In this document: positions 40,524-51,653 of the stretch, in pieces | How positions within the stretch are numbered: position 1 is the stretch's first letter | Layout of the letters: every line of letters starts with the position of its first letter | Source of the DNA: Nematocida ausubeli | Taxonomy: Eukaryota | DNA length: 64,000 bases | NCBI RefSeq assembly: GCF_000738915.1 | Contig: NW_026515634.1 | Coordinates: 475,156-539,155, forward strand | Direction of reading: 5' to 3' | Made by a program: the position numbers and the translations under genes | The notes under the pieces: generated by a model | Database searches by the model: none | Seen by the model: only the letters and a program-made list of their open reading frames with translations | Told to the model about the DNA's origin: nothing

Positions 40524-41144
40524 TTATACTTGGTCAAATTCATTGTTGAGGAATTCATCAATGCTTATGTTCTCTTGTTCCTCTGGGGGCATATGTGGGA
40601 TATCTGATAGAAGATTGTCTATATCTGTGTTGTCCTTCAGCCTAAGTGTTTCCTCCTTTGCCTCTTGCTTGTTAAATATTCTTATGAAGGCCCGGACAAG
40701 TTCATTTATTGTTCTGTCTTGCTGGTCTACTCTCTTCTTAAGAATATAAACTTCCTTTGAGAGCTTTCTGTTTACTTCGTTTATTGCCGTCATATTACTG
40801 TGCAGCATCATCTGGTTGTCCTTCACTATGGAAATATCATTCATTCTCTCTGATGGCATGATGGTTTTTCTTTTCAGGAGATCCAGCAGGTGTGGAGATC
40901 CTTTGAGGAACTTTGGATTCGTGAACTCGTCTATCCCGTGTCTTTTCTCCTTTGAAAATCCATAATTATTCAGCTGTCTGACAAATGTGCCATACTCATT
41001 TGACTTACAGAGCTTTGGAAATGTGTTGCTCATGAATTCTGCCTTATCCAAGATCACAAATCCATCGCCAGATTCATTCCACGTAATTGATGGATCGCTG
41101 TCTGAGCAAACCACTGAATACAGATTTCTAAGAAACTTCAGCAT
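40524..41144 (-). CDS. HSF-type DNA-binding transcription factor
   Basis: FLRNLY, ITWNESGDGFVI, TFVRQLNNYGFSK, EF.NP.F.KG, followed by a heptad region. Confidence 0.92.
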   Translation of the reverse strand: MLKFLRNLYSVVCSDSDPSITWNESGDGFVILDKAEFMSNTFPKLCKSNEYGTFVRQLNNYGFSKEKRHGIDEFTNPKFLKGSPHLLDLLKRKTIMPSERMNDISIVKDNQMMLHSNMTAINEVNRKLSKEVYILKKRVDQQDRTINELVRAFIRIFNKQEAKEETLRLKDNTDIDNLLSDIPHMPPEEQENISIDEFLNNEFDQV

Positions 41145-41184
41145 AGAAATAAAAGAAATTCAATTTTTATGTTTTTTAAAAGCA

Positions 41185-44157
41185 ATGCATGAAGTGTTCA
41201 CAAGACTAGTTGGTGCTGCAGTGACAGCAGTTGAAAAAATAGCAAAGTTCATAGTGCCAGATGCACCTGAGGAAATCACAGAGGAAGCATCTGATCCAAT
41301 GGGAATCTCACCCGGAGAATATCGGCAGATATACAAGGGTATTCAGGACGTAATAGAAAACAATGATGAATTAGGCGAAGAAGAGATCAATAAGATATCT
41401 TCCCTATTGAACACAGTCGTACAAGAAGAAGATCTACCAGAATACATTGAAAGTATGCGGTTCCTTAAGGAACTGGCCCAAGGGAAAGGGATAGACACAA
41501 AGAAGGAAGAAAAGTTCATAAGGTACGTCTCAGGAAAAGAAAAAAGAAAGTGCGAAGAGTCTGGTGTAAGTGAAGAGTACACAGAGAAGGTAGAAAAAAA
41601 AGAAAGTGAAGTAAAGTGCAGGAAAACCAGCGTAGAAAGTACAATGGACCCGGCTGTTGCAGTTGACACTGGGAATGAAAGAAGAAATATCACTGGGTTC
41701 ACAGCAGAGGACTTTGATGAGACTGTCGACTGGGAGGGAGAGAGAAGAAAGGAAATGAAGAAAATTGATGATGTCCTGGCCCTGGGACTAAATCCTTTTA
41801 ACCGGTTCAGAGATGAAGATGGAACAGTAAAGTACCCAGACATAGATGATGATGCAGAGTTAATCAAGTACGACGAGGGAAGAAATGTGCTCAAGATATG
41901 CCTGCATGATGACCCACGAAGAGGCAAATACCTGCCGTATTACTGCATACACCCAACAGAAAATAGAATAGTTAGGTCCATGGGAATAGCACCAGGTGCA
42001 ATAGAAAGCCTGACGAAGATGCAAATGAAAGAGCGTGGATTCATAAGAGATGAAGGCCGCCTGGAGAGAGATAGAGTCCATGCAGAGAAGACTGACAGAT
42101 GGTCAAAGATTATCCGAGAGCAGAAGGAAAGAGAAAAGAAAGAACAGGAAAGAAAACTCGCAGAAGCAAGAAAAAGGTTTAATGATGAGTACGCGGAAAG
42201 AGAAAGACTAAGACTTCTGCAGGAAGAAGAACTCAAGAAAAGAGAAATAACCAGCAAGAGAGACCCAATCTATGAAAGAATTGCACAGATAAATGAGACA
42301 ATAGACAAAGAGAGGGCAGGAAGAGACTATAAGATAATACAGTCAGTGAAGAAGACACCAGAGGCCCAGAAAGAACTAGACAACCTCATACACGATGCCA
42401 TACGCGAAACATCAAAGGGCCTGTATGACCAGCACCACTACAAAGGCGCAATGGATCTATATGAAGGATCAAAGGCATCAGCTGAAAAGACAAAAGTGCA
42501 AAGAGACCAAACATTCCCGAAAGAGTCAGAAATCTCAAAGAATAAAGATATCCAGATACCAGAAGATACTCTCACAAGAAGTACCCTAGGATCAGGAATA
42601 AACATAAATAATCCGTTGCAAAGTACTCACAATATACCCACTAGTACACTCTTCAACACACAAGATAATGTATACAGTAAAGAGACAGGCAGCTTAGACA
42701 AAGAAATATCACAGAAGAATGATAAAGAATTTGCAAGGAAAGATGCACCGTATACTACACCTAGTAAGAGTACTAGTCCATTTGGTACAGCAGGCTTCCC
42801 TGGTCTCGGAGAAAGAAGAGAGACAAGTTCTATCCTGAAGGATAGTCCATTTACCATGGGAGAGAGTGCAGATAGAAGTGCACTATCAGGTACTGGATTA
42901 TTTGGCAGTTCTATTAATAATAGTCTAGACAGCTTTGATGACAGAAGCAGAGACAGTACACAAATGGAATCATCAAATACCCCAACAACTGACTCGATTA
43001 ATCTGCCAAGAGACACTCTGGAACTGCCCCAGAAGAAAGACACTGGTATAAATACGCCTAGAAGTGTTCTAGTAAGCGAACAATCTTCCCCTAGTATCAG
43101 CCAGGAGAGTAATAATAGCCCAAGCCAAAGCAGCATAAACTCACAGCAGACTGGAAGTACACTCTTTGGTTCTGGCTTGGGAAGACAACCAGAGACAGTT
43201 AAGGATGAAATAACTGATAGTAAGACTGCAGCCACAGATATTATAGATAGAAAGAGAAGATCTTCAGATGAAACTTCTTCTGCTGGTACTTCACTCAATG
43301 GGGAAGTTGACTACTCCCAGTCACCACTGGCTGCCTTCCAGAAAAGAATCATGTTGTCACAGAACACTCAAGAGACACCTTCCCGCATACAGCCAAGTAC
43401 TGGCCTATTTTCTGCCTCAAGCATGGATCAAACAGCCCCAAAGACAACTGCCTTTCCAGAGAGTCAGCCTAGTACTGGCCCAAGTATGCGCAGTAATAGT
43501 CTATTCTCAAGTGAAAGACCTGCATTCAGTGGATTTTCAACGGAAAAATCAAATCTGTTCCCAGGAAGTGCATCCCACCCAGAGACAGCACAGCCTCAGT
43601 CATCGTCTTCCATTTTCAATCAAACCCCCATGGGTGCACAAGGGAGTGTATTTGGGTCAATTGGCACAAATACCATGCAGAACATGACAGGAATTCAGAC
43701 ACCTGCATCCTCCATGAGCAGCAGATTCAGTGCAACTGATAGACCTGGTGCAGCAGAATCCCCTGCCATGAAGAGACAAGATGGTCTGGCTGGGACAACA
43801 TCATCTCTATTCAGCCAAAACAACATGAGCACTCAGGACAGAGCACAAGCTCAAAATCCACCTGGAACACAGAGCCCATTAGGAAACAGCTTCTCAAATC
43901 TGACAGGCACAATGAACACAACAAACCCATTCGGAACAACAAGCAGCTTTGGTGGTGCAAAGCCCATGTTCTCAAACCCACAGGCATCGCCATTCTCAAA
44001 TCCAAACCCACAATTCCCCACAGGAGCCCAGGGAAATAATATGCAAGGTGAAACTAATCCATTTGCAAATAATTCGGATGGAAATACTGGATATACGAAC
44101 CCCTTTGCTGGAAAGGATACTGTCAGGAAGAGATCTTCCTTCATGTTCAAAAAATAA
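41185..44157 (+). CDS. FG-repeat protein, probable nuclear-basket nucleoporin (Nup1/Nup153-like)
   Basis: Ser/Thr/Asn/Gln-rich C-half with SPFG, GLFG, TLFG, SVFG, NPFG, SSFG and a basic terminus VRKRSSFMFKK. Start taken at MHEVF; the upstream GTG extension overlaps HSF. Confidence 0.65.
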   Translation: MHEVFTRLVGAAVTAVEKIAKFIVPDAPEEITEEASDPMGISPGEYRQIYKGIQDVIENNDELGEEEINKISSLLNTVVQEEDLPEYIESMRFLKELAQGKGIDTKKEEKFIRYVSGKEKRKCEESGVSEEYTEKVEKKESEVKCRKTSVESTMDPAVAVDTGNERRNITGFTAEDFDETVDWEGERRKEMKKIDDVLALGLNPFNRFRDEDGTVKYPDIDDDAELIKYDEGRNVLKICLHDDPRRGKYLPYYCIHPTENRIVRSMGIAPGAIESLTKMQMKERGFIRDEGRLERDRVHAEKTDRWSKIIREQKEREKKEQERKLAEARKRFNDEYAERERLRLLQEEELKKREITSKRDPIYERIAQINETIDKERAGRDYKIIQSVKKTPEAQKELDNLIHDAIRETSKGLYDQHHYKGAMDLYEGSKASAEKTKVQRDQTFPKESEISKNKDIQIPEDTLTRSTLGSGININNPLQSTHNIPTSTLFNTQDNVYSKETGSLDKEISQKNDKEFARKDAPYTTPSKSTSPFGTAGFPGLGERRETSSILKDSPFTMGESADRSALSGTGLFGSSINNSLDSFDDRSRDSTQMESSNTPTTDSINLPRDTLELPQKKDTGINTPRSVLVSEQSSPSISQESNNSPSQSSINSQQTGSTLFGSGLGRQPETVKDEITDSKTAATDIIDRKRRSSDETSSAGTSLNGEVDYSQSPLAAFQKRIMLSQNTQETPSRIQPSTGLFSASSMDQTAPKTTAFPESQPSTGPSMRSNSLFSSERPAFSGFSTEKSNLFPGSASHPETAQPQSSSSIFNQTPMGAQGSVFGSIGTNTMQNMTGIQTPASSMSSRFSATDRPGAAESPAMKRQDGLAGTTSSLFSQNNMSTQDRAQAQNPPGTQSPLGNSFSNLTGTMNTTNPFGTTSSFGGAKPMFSNPQASPFSNPNPQFPTGAQGNNMQGETNPFANNSDGNTGYTNPFAGKDTVRKRSSFMFKK

Positions 44158-44180
44158 ATTCAGTTTCATCCTTCTGTTTC

Positions 44181-45476
44181 ATGGTTGTTGACATGAAGGA
44201 GATGAGAGAGCTCATCCCTAGCTTGTCTATCTCACTGTGTGGTCTATTTCTTATGTCCATGACTTTGCATTTGCACCTGGATGGACAGTATATTAAGCCA
44301 ATGCACTATCTTTTCATTCTTAACTCCATGTTGTGCTTTAAGAATAATATTGAGCTTAACTATGCTGATATAATGAGCAGTTGTGTTAAGAAGACACGGC
44401 GATATAGAGGGTCTATTTCTTCCCTCTCCTTAATCGAGTATGTTTTTGACTCTGGTCTCAGCATGTTTTTTGTCTCCACTGGCTTTAGCATACTAATAGG
44501 AATATTTTCAAATTACAGAAATATCTTGGAAGTATTCATGCAGACAGATATCCAGAAGAATCTGCTTCTGGTGTGTGGTACTATTAGTGCATCCTTCCTC
44601 TCTGGGGCATGCAGTTGCATATGCACATTTATTTGTGTTGTATTTTGCATATTCATGAGTATTTCCTTTGACTTTGACTCAGACAATATACTTCTCCCAG
44701 TAATTGCCTCTTTGTCGGATTACATATGCACTATCTCTTTAATATACTTCTCAGAGAATATATTCATCTCAATGGGAAAAATGTACCCATTGAATACAGC
44801 AGAGCCAATTACTGTGCCTGGCTTCTATTCCCAAGTATTTATAACAAACACCCTTCTAATATGCATGATTGTTGCAATATTAGGTATAATATATACGCAA
44901 ATAGAAGGCACTCAGAATCTGAAATTATTTGGAGCTTGGTCACTTGCTTTATCCTTTGGGATCACAATGGTTGCAGGGCATCTTATAAATGTTGTCTCTA
45001 CAAAGGACGTATGGATGGGGTGTATAATCCCATTGTTCAATGGAATTGCTGGGTCTGTCATTCTGATATACGTTGGGAAGGTGACTACTTACATTAGTGC
45101 ACTTGAAATTGAGGAGAACTTTGATACCATTTCAATTAGCAGTGCGGAAGACACGAAGTCAGGCAGTTTTATGTCAAACCCGAATAACATAAAGACACTC
45201 TACACTCTTATATGCACAGCCACCTTCTTGGCTGCTGCTGCCTGCTGTCTTCTAAAGCTTTTCTTCACTGCAATTCCCTTTATGTATATTCTTTTCTTTG
45301 GTGCCCTTCTGAATGTAGAAATAATCCTTCTGTATTATACTACAAATATTCTTGTTATTATTCTGCAGTACTTTGATATGGATGTCTCATATAATATTGT
45401 GCCAATTCTAAATGCACTCAGTGACTTATTTGGAATATGCGTACTAGCAGGTGCTTCGTATCTTGTCTTAGTGTGA
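44181..45476 (+). CDS. SLC41/MgtE-type divalent cation transporter
   Basis: Two MgtE-like repeats: FKNNIEL with DSDNILLPVIASLSD, and PLFNGIAGS with NIVPILNALSDLFG. Confidence 0.82.
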   Translation: MVVDMKEMRELIPSLSISLCGLFLMSMTLHLHLDGQYIKPMHYLFILNSMLCFKNNIELNYADIMSSCVKKTRRYRGSISSLSLIEYVFDSGLSMFFVSTGFSILIGIFSNYRNILEVFMQTDIQKNLLLVCGTISASFLSGACSCICTFICVVFCIFMSISFDFDSDNILLPVIASLSDYICTISLIYFSENIFISMGKMYPLNTAEPITVPGFYSQVFITNTLLICMIVAILGIIYTQIEGTQNLKLFGAWSLALSFGITMVAGHLINVVSTKDVWMGCIIPLFNGIAGSVILIYVGKVTTYISALEIEENFDTISISSAEDTKSGSFMSNPNNIKTLYTLICTATFLAAAACCLLKLFFTAIPFMYILFFGALLNVEIILLYYTTNILVIILQYFDMDVSYNIVPILNALSDLFGICVLAGASYLVLV

Positions 45477-45634
45477 ATGAAGAAGAGACAGAATATCTAT
45501 CTGATTTACTCGTATCCTTAATATTTTCAGGGTGCACTAATCTACACTACTGTTCATAGTCTACTTCTGTTCATGGAGTACTTTTTCTTACTGAGTGAAT
45601 TTTCTATTGCACTGCACTTTTTATTATATATATA

Positions 45635-45905
45635 CTAGTGTATATTGTAGTGTATTGTAGTGTAGTATATTTGAGTATATTCTAGTATATTGTATTATAT
45701 TCTAGTGTATTTGGGTATATTTGAGTATATTGTAGTATATTCTGGTTATATTTGGATATATTCTAGTATATTCTAGTACATTTCTCGTATATTTGAGTAT
45801 ATTCCGTTATATTTGGATATATTCTAGTATATTTGAGTACTCACCTGCAGATAAATCACAAGAATATGACTATAATTGAAGTATAACCCGATATAACCCA
45901 ATATA
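45635..45905. repeat. Degenerate approximately 10-bp tandem array (AGTATATTCT-like)
   Basis: Many imperfect copies such as TAGTATATTC, TGAGTATATT and GGTTATATTT. Confidence 0.8.
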
Positions 45906-46184
45906 CATATATGTGAGTTCATCAGGTATTCATGAATATTTTCATATACTTCTACTAAGCATACAGTCTAAGCATGCAATGTATGCTAATTCTATGGTCT
46001 GTTTGCATATTAAAAATCAAGTAAGTTTATAGTTCTGTGTGTACCACTGACTCAAACTCTAGCTATGAAATAAGATAAAGTGGTATACATATTTTTCTGG
46101 TCTTTCTCTGCATGAATTATAGCCTTTCTTTATTTTTTTTGCTATTTTATTTTTAGTGAAGGGGTTTATTCTGTACCTATATAT

Positions 46185-49100
46185 CTATATAAATGGAAGC
46201 CACCAGACATATATTTTAGCAAGTGCTTCTAATGACATACTTCTTTCTATTAGGAGAGATGACTTTGCTATTTCATCATCAAAGTCTAATTTTGCCTTTA
46301 TCTTTTCAATTATGTCAATTGCTGTCTTTGTGCTATTTCTGCCTGTCCATTCCCCCAGAGGATCATGCACAAATCCCAGAAGATTTGCAACAATTAAGTC
46401 TCTGTTTATTGAGAGGAATTTCATAACCCTCTCAAGTGTAAGCTTATACTGGCCTTCTTCTTTTGTTGGACCAAATGCAGCCACTATATTCTGGGTCAGC
46501 CGGAAAGGCACAGTCTCCGGGACTGGCAGTGTATATGCCTTATCAAATATGCAATTTAGATCTACATGAACCGTCTCGCCTGTTTTCTCATCGAATAGAA
46601 TATTCTCGCAGTGTCTGTCCCCTAGGCCCATTAGGTACCCTACTGCATTCATGACTGCGTATGTGATTGTGTATCTTTTTCTGGCCTGCAGCCACTCAAT
46701 TGGCCGCATGAAGGTCCTTAGCAAATATGTTGGGAATATTGGTGGGACTTTCTTCAGAATTTCCTTCAGGTTCTTTTCCCCTAGCATGGATATTTTCTTC
46801 ATAAATCCGTACTCTTCGGATATTTCTTTTAAGGACACGCCTACTTCTGGGAGCAAAGATACGCACATTTCCTTAAGGGTAGACAGATTCTGGACAAACT
46901 CTATTATTCCCATCTTCTCTGTGATTGGTACAACAGTGTACACTCTAATATTGTATGCCCGGCACTTGTCGTTGCTCTGGAATAAAGAATTCAGGAGCAT
47001 ATTTAAATCCATGAACCCAGCATCTTTCCGGAGATCATCATTGGCCTTGCACAGGAATGACTTGTAGCACCCTGCGGATGTAAGGGCCTGTATCTTCTTT
47101 GGTCTCTGCAAGGTCGAAAATACAAACATATTATCAGAGATACTGATGATTTCAGACAAAAAATCATCGAATGGTGCAGGAATACCTCTGCTCACACTAA
47201 TGGATGACCCAAGAATAGATGGAATTGAGACCACTCCACTTCCTGCTGAGTGCATGCTTAATTTAGCAAGTGCCTGCGTGAACGTAAATACATCAGAGAA
47301 TAATTTTCTGAATGTGAATGATGTACTCCCGATCATAGCATGGACTGCCGTGTTCTTGCTGGTGTAAAGAGAGAGTGTTCTCCAAGCAAATTCTGAAGGG
47401 AACTTCTCAATCAGTTGTTTTGATATTTTCAGAAGAAGTTGTGCAACTGACTTTTCCTTGTGAGACAAACGGGCCAGTATCTGAACATAAAACCGCCTGA
47501 ATATTTTAATATCCACTCTCTCAAGGGTTTCCTTCATCACTAAAACACATTCATGTATATCTTCTTTTGCATGATCTGGTCCTGTTGTGTCTGTTAGGTA
47601 ATGAATTAATTTGGGAATTATCTCCAGGGCCTTCTCACTGCCGCACTCAAGTGCCTTGCAGAACATCTTAAATGCATATACAGGCTGCTTTCTCTCCAAG
47701 TACTTCCCGTACTTGAAATAAAGCCTTTCATTTGTCTTCAGAGTTGAAAGGGCATTCTTGTATATTTCCTTTGACTGTTCTATCTCAGTATTCAGAAGGA
47801 TTGCTTTTTCTTTGTATTTGCTGTTGATTGGCAGGTTGTCCATTAGTCTCTGCAGTGCCTGTTTAGCTAAACTTTTATTATTTTTCTCTAAGTGAATTTT
47901 TGCCTTTTCGTAGAAGACTCGCCAGTCGTCCTTTAGGATCGACCGAATCAAAAGCTTCTCTGAGAGTTCACATTGACCAGATTTCCTTGCAATTCTAACT
48001 CCGTATAAAAGTGCATCTTCTTCTGCTCTTATGACTTCTGGTGTCTCAGGCAGAAGTTGAAACAGATTTCTGTGTATCTCGGATATGCGCAGTGACTGGT
48101 ACGTCCGTGGCAGCTCCCTTCTGTCTTTTATTATTTCAAGTGCCTTAGGAAGCGGCATTTTCTGCAATATTTTGCAGTCCTGCAGAAGATGGACATCCAC
48201 AAGGAAAGATCTTAGGCTTGCAGTGTCCCTGCTGAATGTGTGCACTGGGGCTGTACATGCCCATTCCTGCATCGACTGCTCTGCCTTCTTAAGTATATCC
48301 ATCATTGGCATATCCTGGCTATTTATGGACCGGAATAATTCTTTGTACTTTGCGTCTATGTCTGTCTGGATGGGTGTATGGTTAAGTATCTTTCTGTTTA
48401 GGTAGATGTAATTTGCATGTTCGTTATTTATCTTTAATTCTGCTGCCAGGTTAACAGGAGACAGCTTTGTTATTGCTGCATTTATGCCAAATACCACGTC
48501 CTTTTCCTCAATCTCCAGATACTCCTTCTGTATGTTTGTCAGGAAGACATCTCTCATTGCAGTGTATTTGCACTTTTGCATCTGAACTTCAAGGACACGA
48601 ATTGTAAGGTGCCTGTCTTGGACATGTCTGCTGCACAGAAGAAGTTCTTCCTCTGTGAATATACTGTTCATGTACATGCTGCTGGATATAATACTCCTAA
48701 GAATATCTAAATCCACTAGTACGCCATTTTTTATGTCATTAAATACAGGCAGAAAGTGCGTTCTTATACTGTCCAAATAGTCCTTCTTAAGCGAGAATAT
48801 CATCATAAATAGATACCACTGCAGAATAGAGACCTTGTGCCTTTGCAGCCACCTTTTGCTCTCTACAGTATCCAGGATTGCCATGGAGTCATGGAGCACA
48901 TGGAAGGCATATTCTTCTGCTGGTATCTGAGCAAGAACTCCAATTAAATTTACAAGAAAACAAGAATAAGATATTCCTCGTCTATAAGCAGGGAGATGAC
49001 TCTGCTTCTGTATTTCCTTTAGGCGTGCCTGATCTATCTCTATAATATATTGTGATGTCTGCAGTTTTCCTAGTAGATCTGATCCTTCTGTGAAACTTTG

Positions 49101-51641
49101 TCTTTTTACGTCTTTCAGAAGTTCTTGTATGATGTACTGCAGAAGGTCATCGTGTGTTTCGTAGTAGATTGGGACAAAGACCTTGGATATAAAGAACTCT
49201 GCAATTAAGCTCTTCTCTTTCGCATAGTCAAAGTTAAGGCACTGAATTGTCTCATCAATAAATCTGTCTGGTGTCTCATTTCTTTCCTCAAATGCATCAA
49301 TTCCGAATATCCCGAAGCACCCAAGGGCCTGCAGTGCTTCTTTGTCTTTTGAGTCACTGTACATTCTATACAGTGATATAATCAGTTGTTTACACTGGGC
49401 CCAGTGACTTTGTGCAAATTCATGTACTTCTTCATGTGATGCGTTAAAGATAAGAGGGAAGATTTTCTTGATTGACAAAAATTCAAGAGATGTTCTTACC
49501 TTCAGATACGGATATATTCTAATCACGGCATCACTGAATGTAGTGGCTTCTTCAAAGTACAGTGAAGGGTCTTCCCCCACCATCTTCTCAATTGTTTGCT
49601 TCTGCTCCTTTGTCAGGTCCTGCGCAATCATATACCTATTCTGCAGAATATCTTGTTTCTTTGACTTTCCAATGATCTGGTTGAAGAACTGGTTCTTGCT
49701 GCAGTTCATTTCACAGCAGATTTCTTTCCCTTTTATATTTCCTGTGTAGACAAGAAATAGTATAATTTCACGTACTTCCTGGACGTAGTAAGTACCATCA
49801 TGCTGGTGCGTATACGAGAGTGCACTGTATATTAGGTTAAATATACAGTTCTTAACGTGAACAATCTTCTCTTCAAGTATCTTCCTGGCAGCACAAAGAA
49901 TAGAGATGAGTGAGTGTTTTCCTAAAAGATCCTTAACATCCAGGCCGCACTCTTTAAAGAATTCAGTGGGTTCTGGGACTGCAAGAAATATTATCACAGC
50001 CACTTCCACTCCCATATCTTCCATTGTCTTTTTTAGTTGCTCAATGATCTTTGTACTAAGACCACCTCCTTTTCCTGTCTGATAAATATATATTGCATAG
50101 TAGATGAAGATTGTAGGTAAATTCGTGTAGTACTCATCAACCCTTTCTGTCTGCCATAATCTTGGTCCTAAATAATACTTCTCTCCTTCCATGAATTCCT
50201 TGACTGTTTTATACCCGTACAGCTTAGAGAGTGCAGTGAAAGTAGTTGGATCCTGTGCATCTGCTGACCGGTACAAGAAGTGGTCTAAGACTAAGGGCTT
50301 AGCCATCTGCAGATATATTCTTTGCTTCTTCCCAACGGCATATACAACTGTATTTGTATAGAAGGTGTCTTCTCTTTTTATCAAAGCATGGCTTAACAGT
50401 GCAACTGCAAATCCTATCTTCTTTGTGCCTTGTACTTTATATAGAATATTCAGGACCAGAAGCATCTTTGTGACTGAACTCTCTTGGCATGCTGCCTTTG
50501 CTAGACTTATAACGTATTCTTCATTTTCCCCGTAGATAGGAAAATATTGCAGAACTTCAAAGAGTAATACAGTAACTGTCTTGTCTTCAGTCTGCTTTCT
50601 CTCCAATTTCTTCAATGTGTTCACTATATAACTGAGATATCTGTGAGTCTGATATTTCTTCAAGTGCATTGTTCCCTTTGGGATAATGCAGCTGGCAGTG
50701 AGTGTGTGCATGAGTGTCTCATTGACTAATTTATCCACTTCTGCATCTATTCTTATCTTGTGCATAAGGTAGTACTTGGCGTGTTCCAAATTTATTCTTT
50801 CCTTGCAGTGTGGTGATACGCAGTTAATGAATCCAGAAGAAAGCACAGAAAGTATGTCTGGATTCTCTTCCAATAGCCTTCCAATGCAAAATATCACAGG
50901 AAGAAGATGGATTGTCTGCTTATCCCGGATGAAAAGTGGTGAAACTATGTGGATGGGAATATGTCTCTTACTGAAGTTTTCGTATGGACAGGATTCTTCC
51001 CCAAGTAAGCCCAAAAGTGTCTTTTGTGCTGGGTTTGTCTTCTCGTATGGCCATCCTTCCTTTATTTGTGCCTTTAATTCTTCTATGTATTCTGTATTTT
51101 CTATCTGTCTTGTAGCCAGACTGACAATTTCTTCTAAGTACGCTTGGGTTCTGTGTGTCTTTCGTCTCTTAATTATGTCTATAAGCTCAATTGAGTACTT
51201 AATCTCCAGAGCTGGTATTTTTGATCTTCTGGCTAGGTAGAACATAATGCTTATCTGCACTATATCTGGTGAGTAGAAGAATTCCTTTTTCTCCACCATC
51301 TTGACATCAAGAAAGTCAATCAAGCTGCAAAGCAAAGTTTCGTCTTTTTGTGTGAACTGCAAAGGCTTGGAAACAATGTACCGGACCAGTCGCAGTCCAT
51401 CAAACTTCCTTTTAAGTCTTTCCAGTCCATACGGGTTTAGACTTCTCCCTACCCGGATGAATTCATCAATGAACACAAATATTTCTGTCATTTCCAAATG
51501 GTCTTCCTCTATCCTTGCCAAAAGGGCATTGGATATCTTTCTGCTCTGAAGTCTCTCCACTGATTCCAGGAATACCCAGAGTGCCCTCTCCTTTAGCGAA
51601 ACATTGCAGAGTGTTTTCTCTTTCGTAAATAGTTCATCCAT
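46185..51641 (-). CDS. MEC1: PIKK checkpoint kinase Mec1/ATR
   Basis: LQRPKKI, LCKANDDLRKD, GLGDRHCENILFD..TGETVHVDLNCIFDK, VPETVPFRLTQN, and FATC LAKIYVWWLPFI. Confidence 0.92.
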   Translation of the reverse strand: MDELFTKEKTLCNVSLKERALWVFLESVERLQSRKISNALLARIEEDHLEMTEIFVFIDEFIRVGRSLNPYGLERLKRKFDGLRLVRYIVSKPLQFTQKDETLLCSLIDFLDVKMVEKKEFFYSPDIVQISIMFYLARRSKIPALEIKYSIELIDIIKRRKTHRTQAYLEEIVSLATRQIENTEYIEELKAQIKEGWPYEKTNPAQKTLLGLLGEESCPYENFSKRHIPIHIVSPLFIRDKQTIHLLPVIFCIGRLLEENPDILSVLSSGFINCVSPHCKERINLEHAKYYLMHKIRIDAEVDKLVNETLMHTLTASCIIPKGTMHLKKYQTHRYLSYIVNTLKKLERKQTEDKTVTVLLFEVLQYFPIYGENEEYVISLAKAACQESSVTKMLLVLNILYKVQGTKKIGFAVALLSHALIKREDTFYTNTVVYAVGKKQRIYLQMAKPLVLDHFLYRSADAQDPTTFTALSKLYGYKTVKEFMEGEKYYLGPRLWQTERVDEYYTNLPTIFIYYAIYIYQTGKGGGLSTKIIEQLKKTMEDMGVEVAVIIFLAVPEPTEFFKECGLDVKDLLGKHSLISILCAARKILEEKIVHVKNCIFNLIYSALSYTHQHDGTYYVQEVREIILFLVYTGNIKGKEICCEMNCSKNQFFNQIIGKSKKQDILQNRYMIAQDLTKEQKQTIEKMVGEDPSLYFEEATTFSDAVIRIYPYLKVRTSLEFLSIKKIFPLIFNASHEEVHEFAQSHWAQCKQLIISLYRMYSDSKDKEALQALGCFGIFGIDAFEERNETPDRFIDETIQCLNFDYAKEKSLIAEFFISKVFVPIYYETHDDLLQYIIQELLKDVKRQSFTEGSDLLGKLQTSQYIIEIDQARLKEIQKQSHLPAYRRGISYSCFLVNLIGVLAQIPAEEYAFHVLHDSMAILDTVESKRWLQRHKVSILQWYLFMMIFSLKKDYLDSIRTHFLPVFNDIKNGVLVDLDILRSIISSSMYMNSIFTEEELLLCSRHVQDRHLTIRVLEVQMQKCKYTAMRDVFLTNIQKEYLEIEEKDVVFGINAAITKLSPVNLAAELKINNEHANYIYLNRKILNHTPIQTDIDAKYKELFRSINSQDMPMMDILKKAEQSMQEWACTAPVHTFSRDTASLRSFLVDVHLLQDCKILQKMPLPKALEIIKDRRELPRTYQSLRISEIHRNLFQLLPETPEVIRAEEDALLYGVRIARKSGQCELSEKLLIRSILKDDWRVFYEKAKIHLEKNNKSLAKQALQRLMDNLPINSKYKEKAILLNTEIEQSKEIYKNALSTLKTNERLYFKYGKYLERKQPVYAFKMFCKALECGSEKALEIIPKLIHYLTDTTGPDHAKEDIHECVLVMKETLERVDIKIFRRFYVQILARLSHKEKSVAQLLLKISKQLIEKFPSEFAWRTLSLYTSKNTAVHAMIGSTSFTFRKLFSDVFTFTQALAKLSMHSAGSGVVSIPSILGSSISVSRGIPAPFDDFLSEIISISDNMFVFSTLQRPKKIQALTSAGCYKSFLCKANDDLRKDAGFMDLNMLLNSLFQSNDKCRAYNIRVYTVVPITEKMGIIEFVQNLSTLKEMCVSLLPEVGVSLKEISEEYGFMKKISMLGEKNLKEILKKVPPIFPTYLLRTFMRPIEWLQARKRYTITYAVMNAVGYLMGLGDRHCENILFDEKTGETVHVDLNCIFDKAYTLPVPETVPFRLTQNIVAAFGPTKEEGQYKLTLERVMKFLSINRDLIVANLLGFVHDPLGEWTGRNSTKTAIDIIEKIKAKLDFDDEIAKSSLLIERSMSLEALAKIYVWWLPFI

Positions 51642-51653
51642 AAAAAAGAAAGT

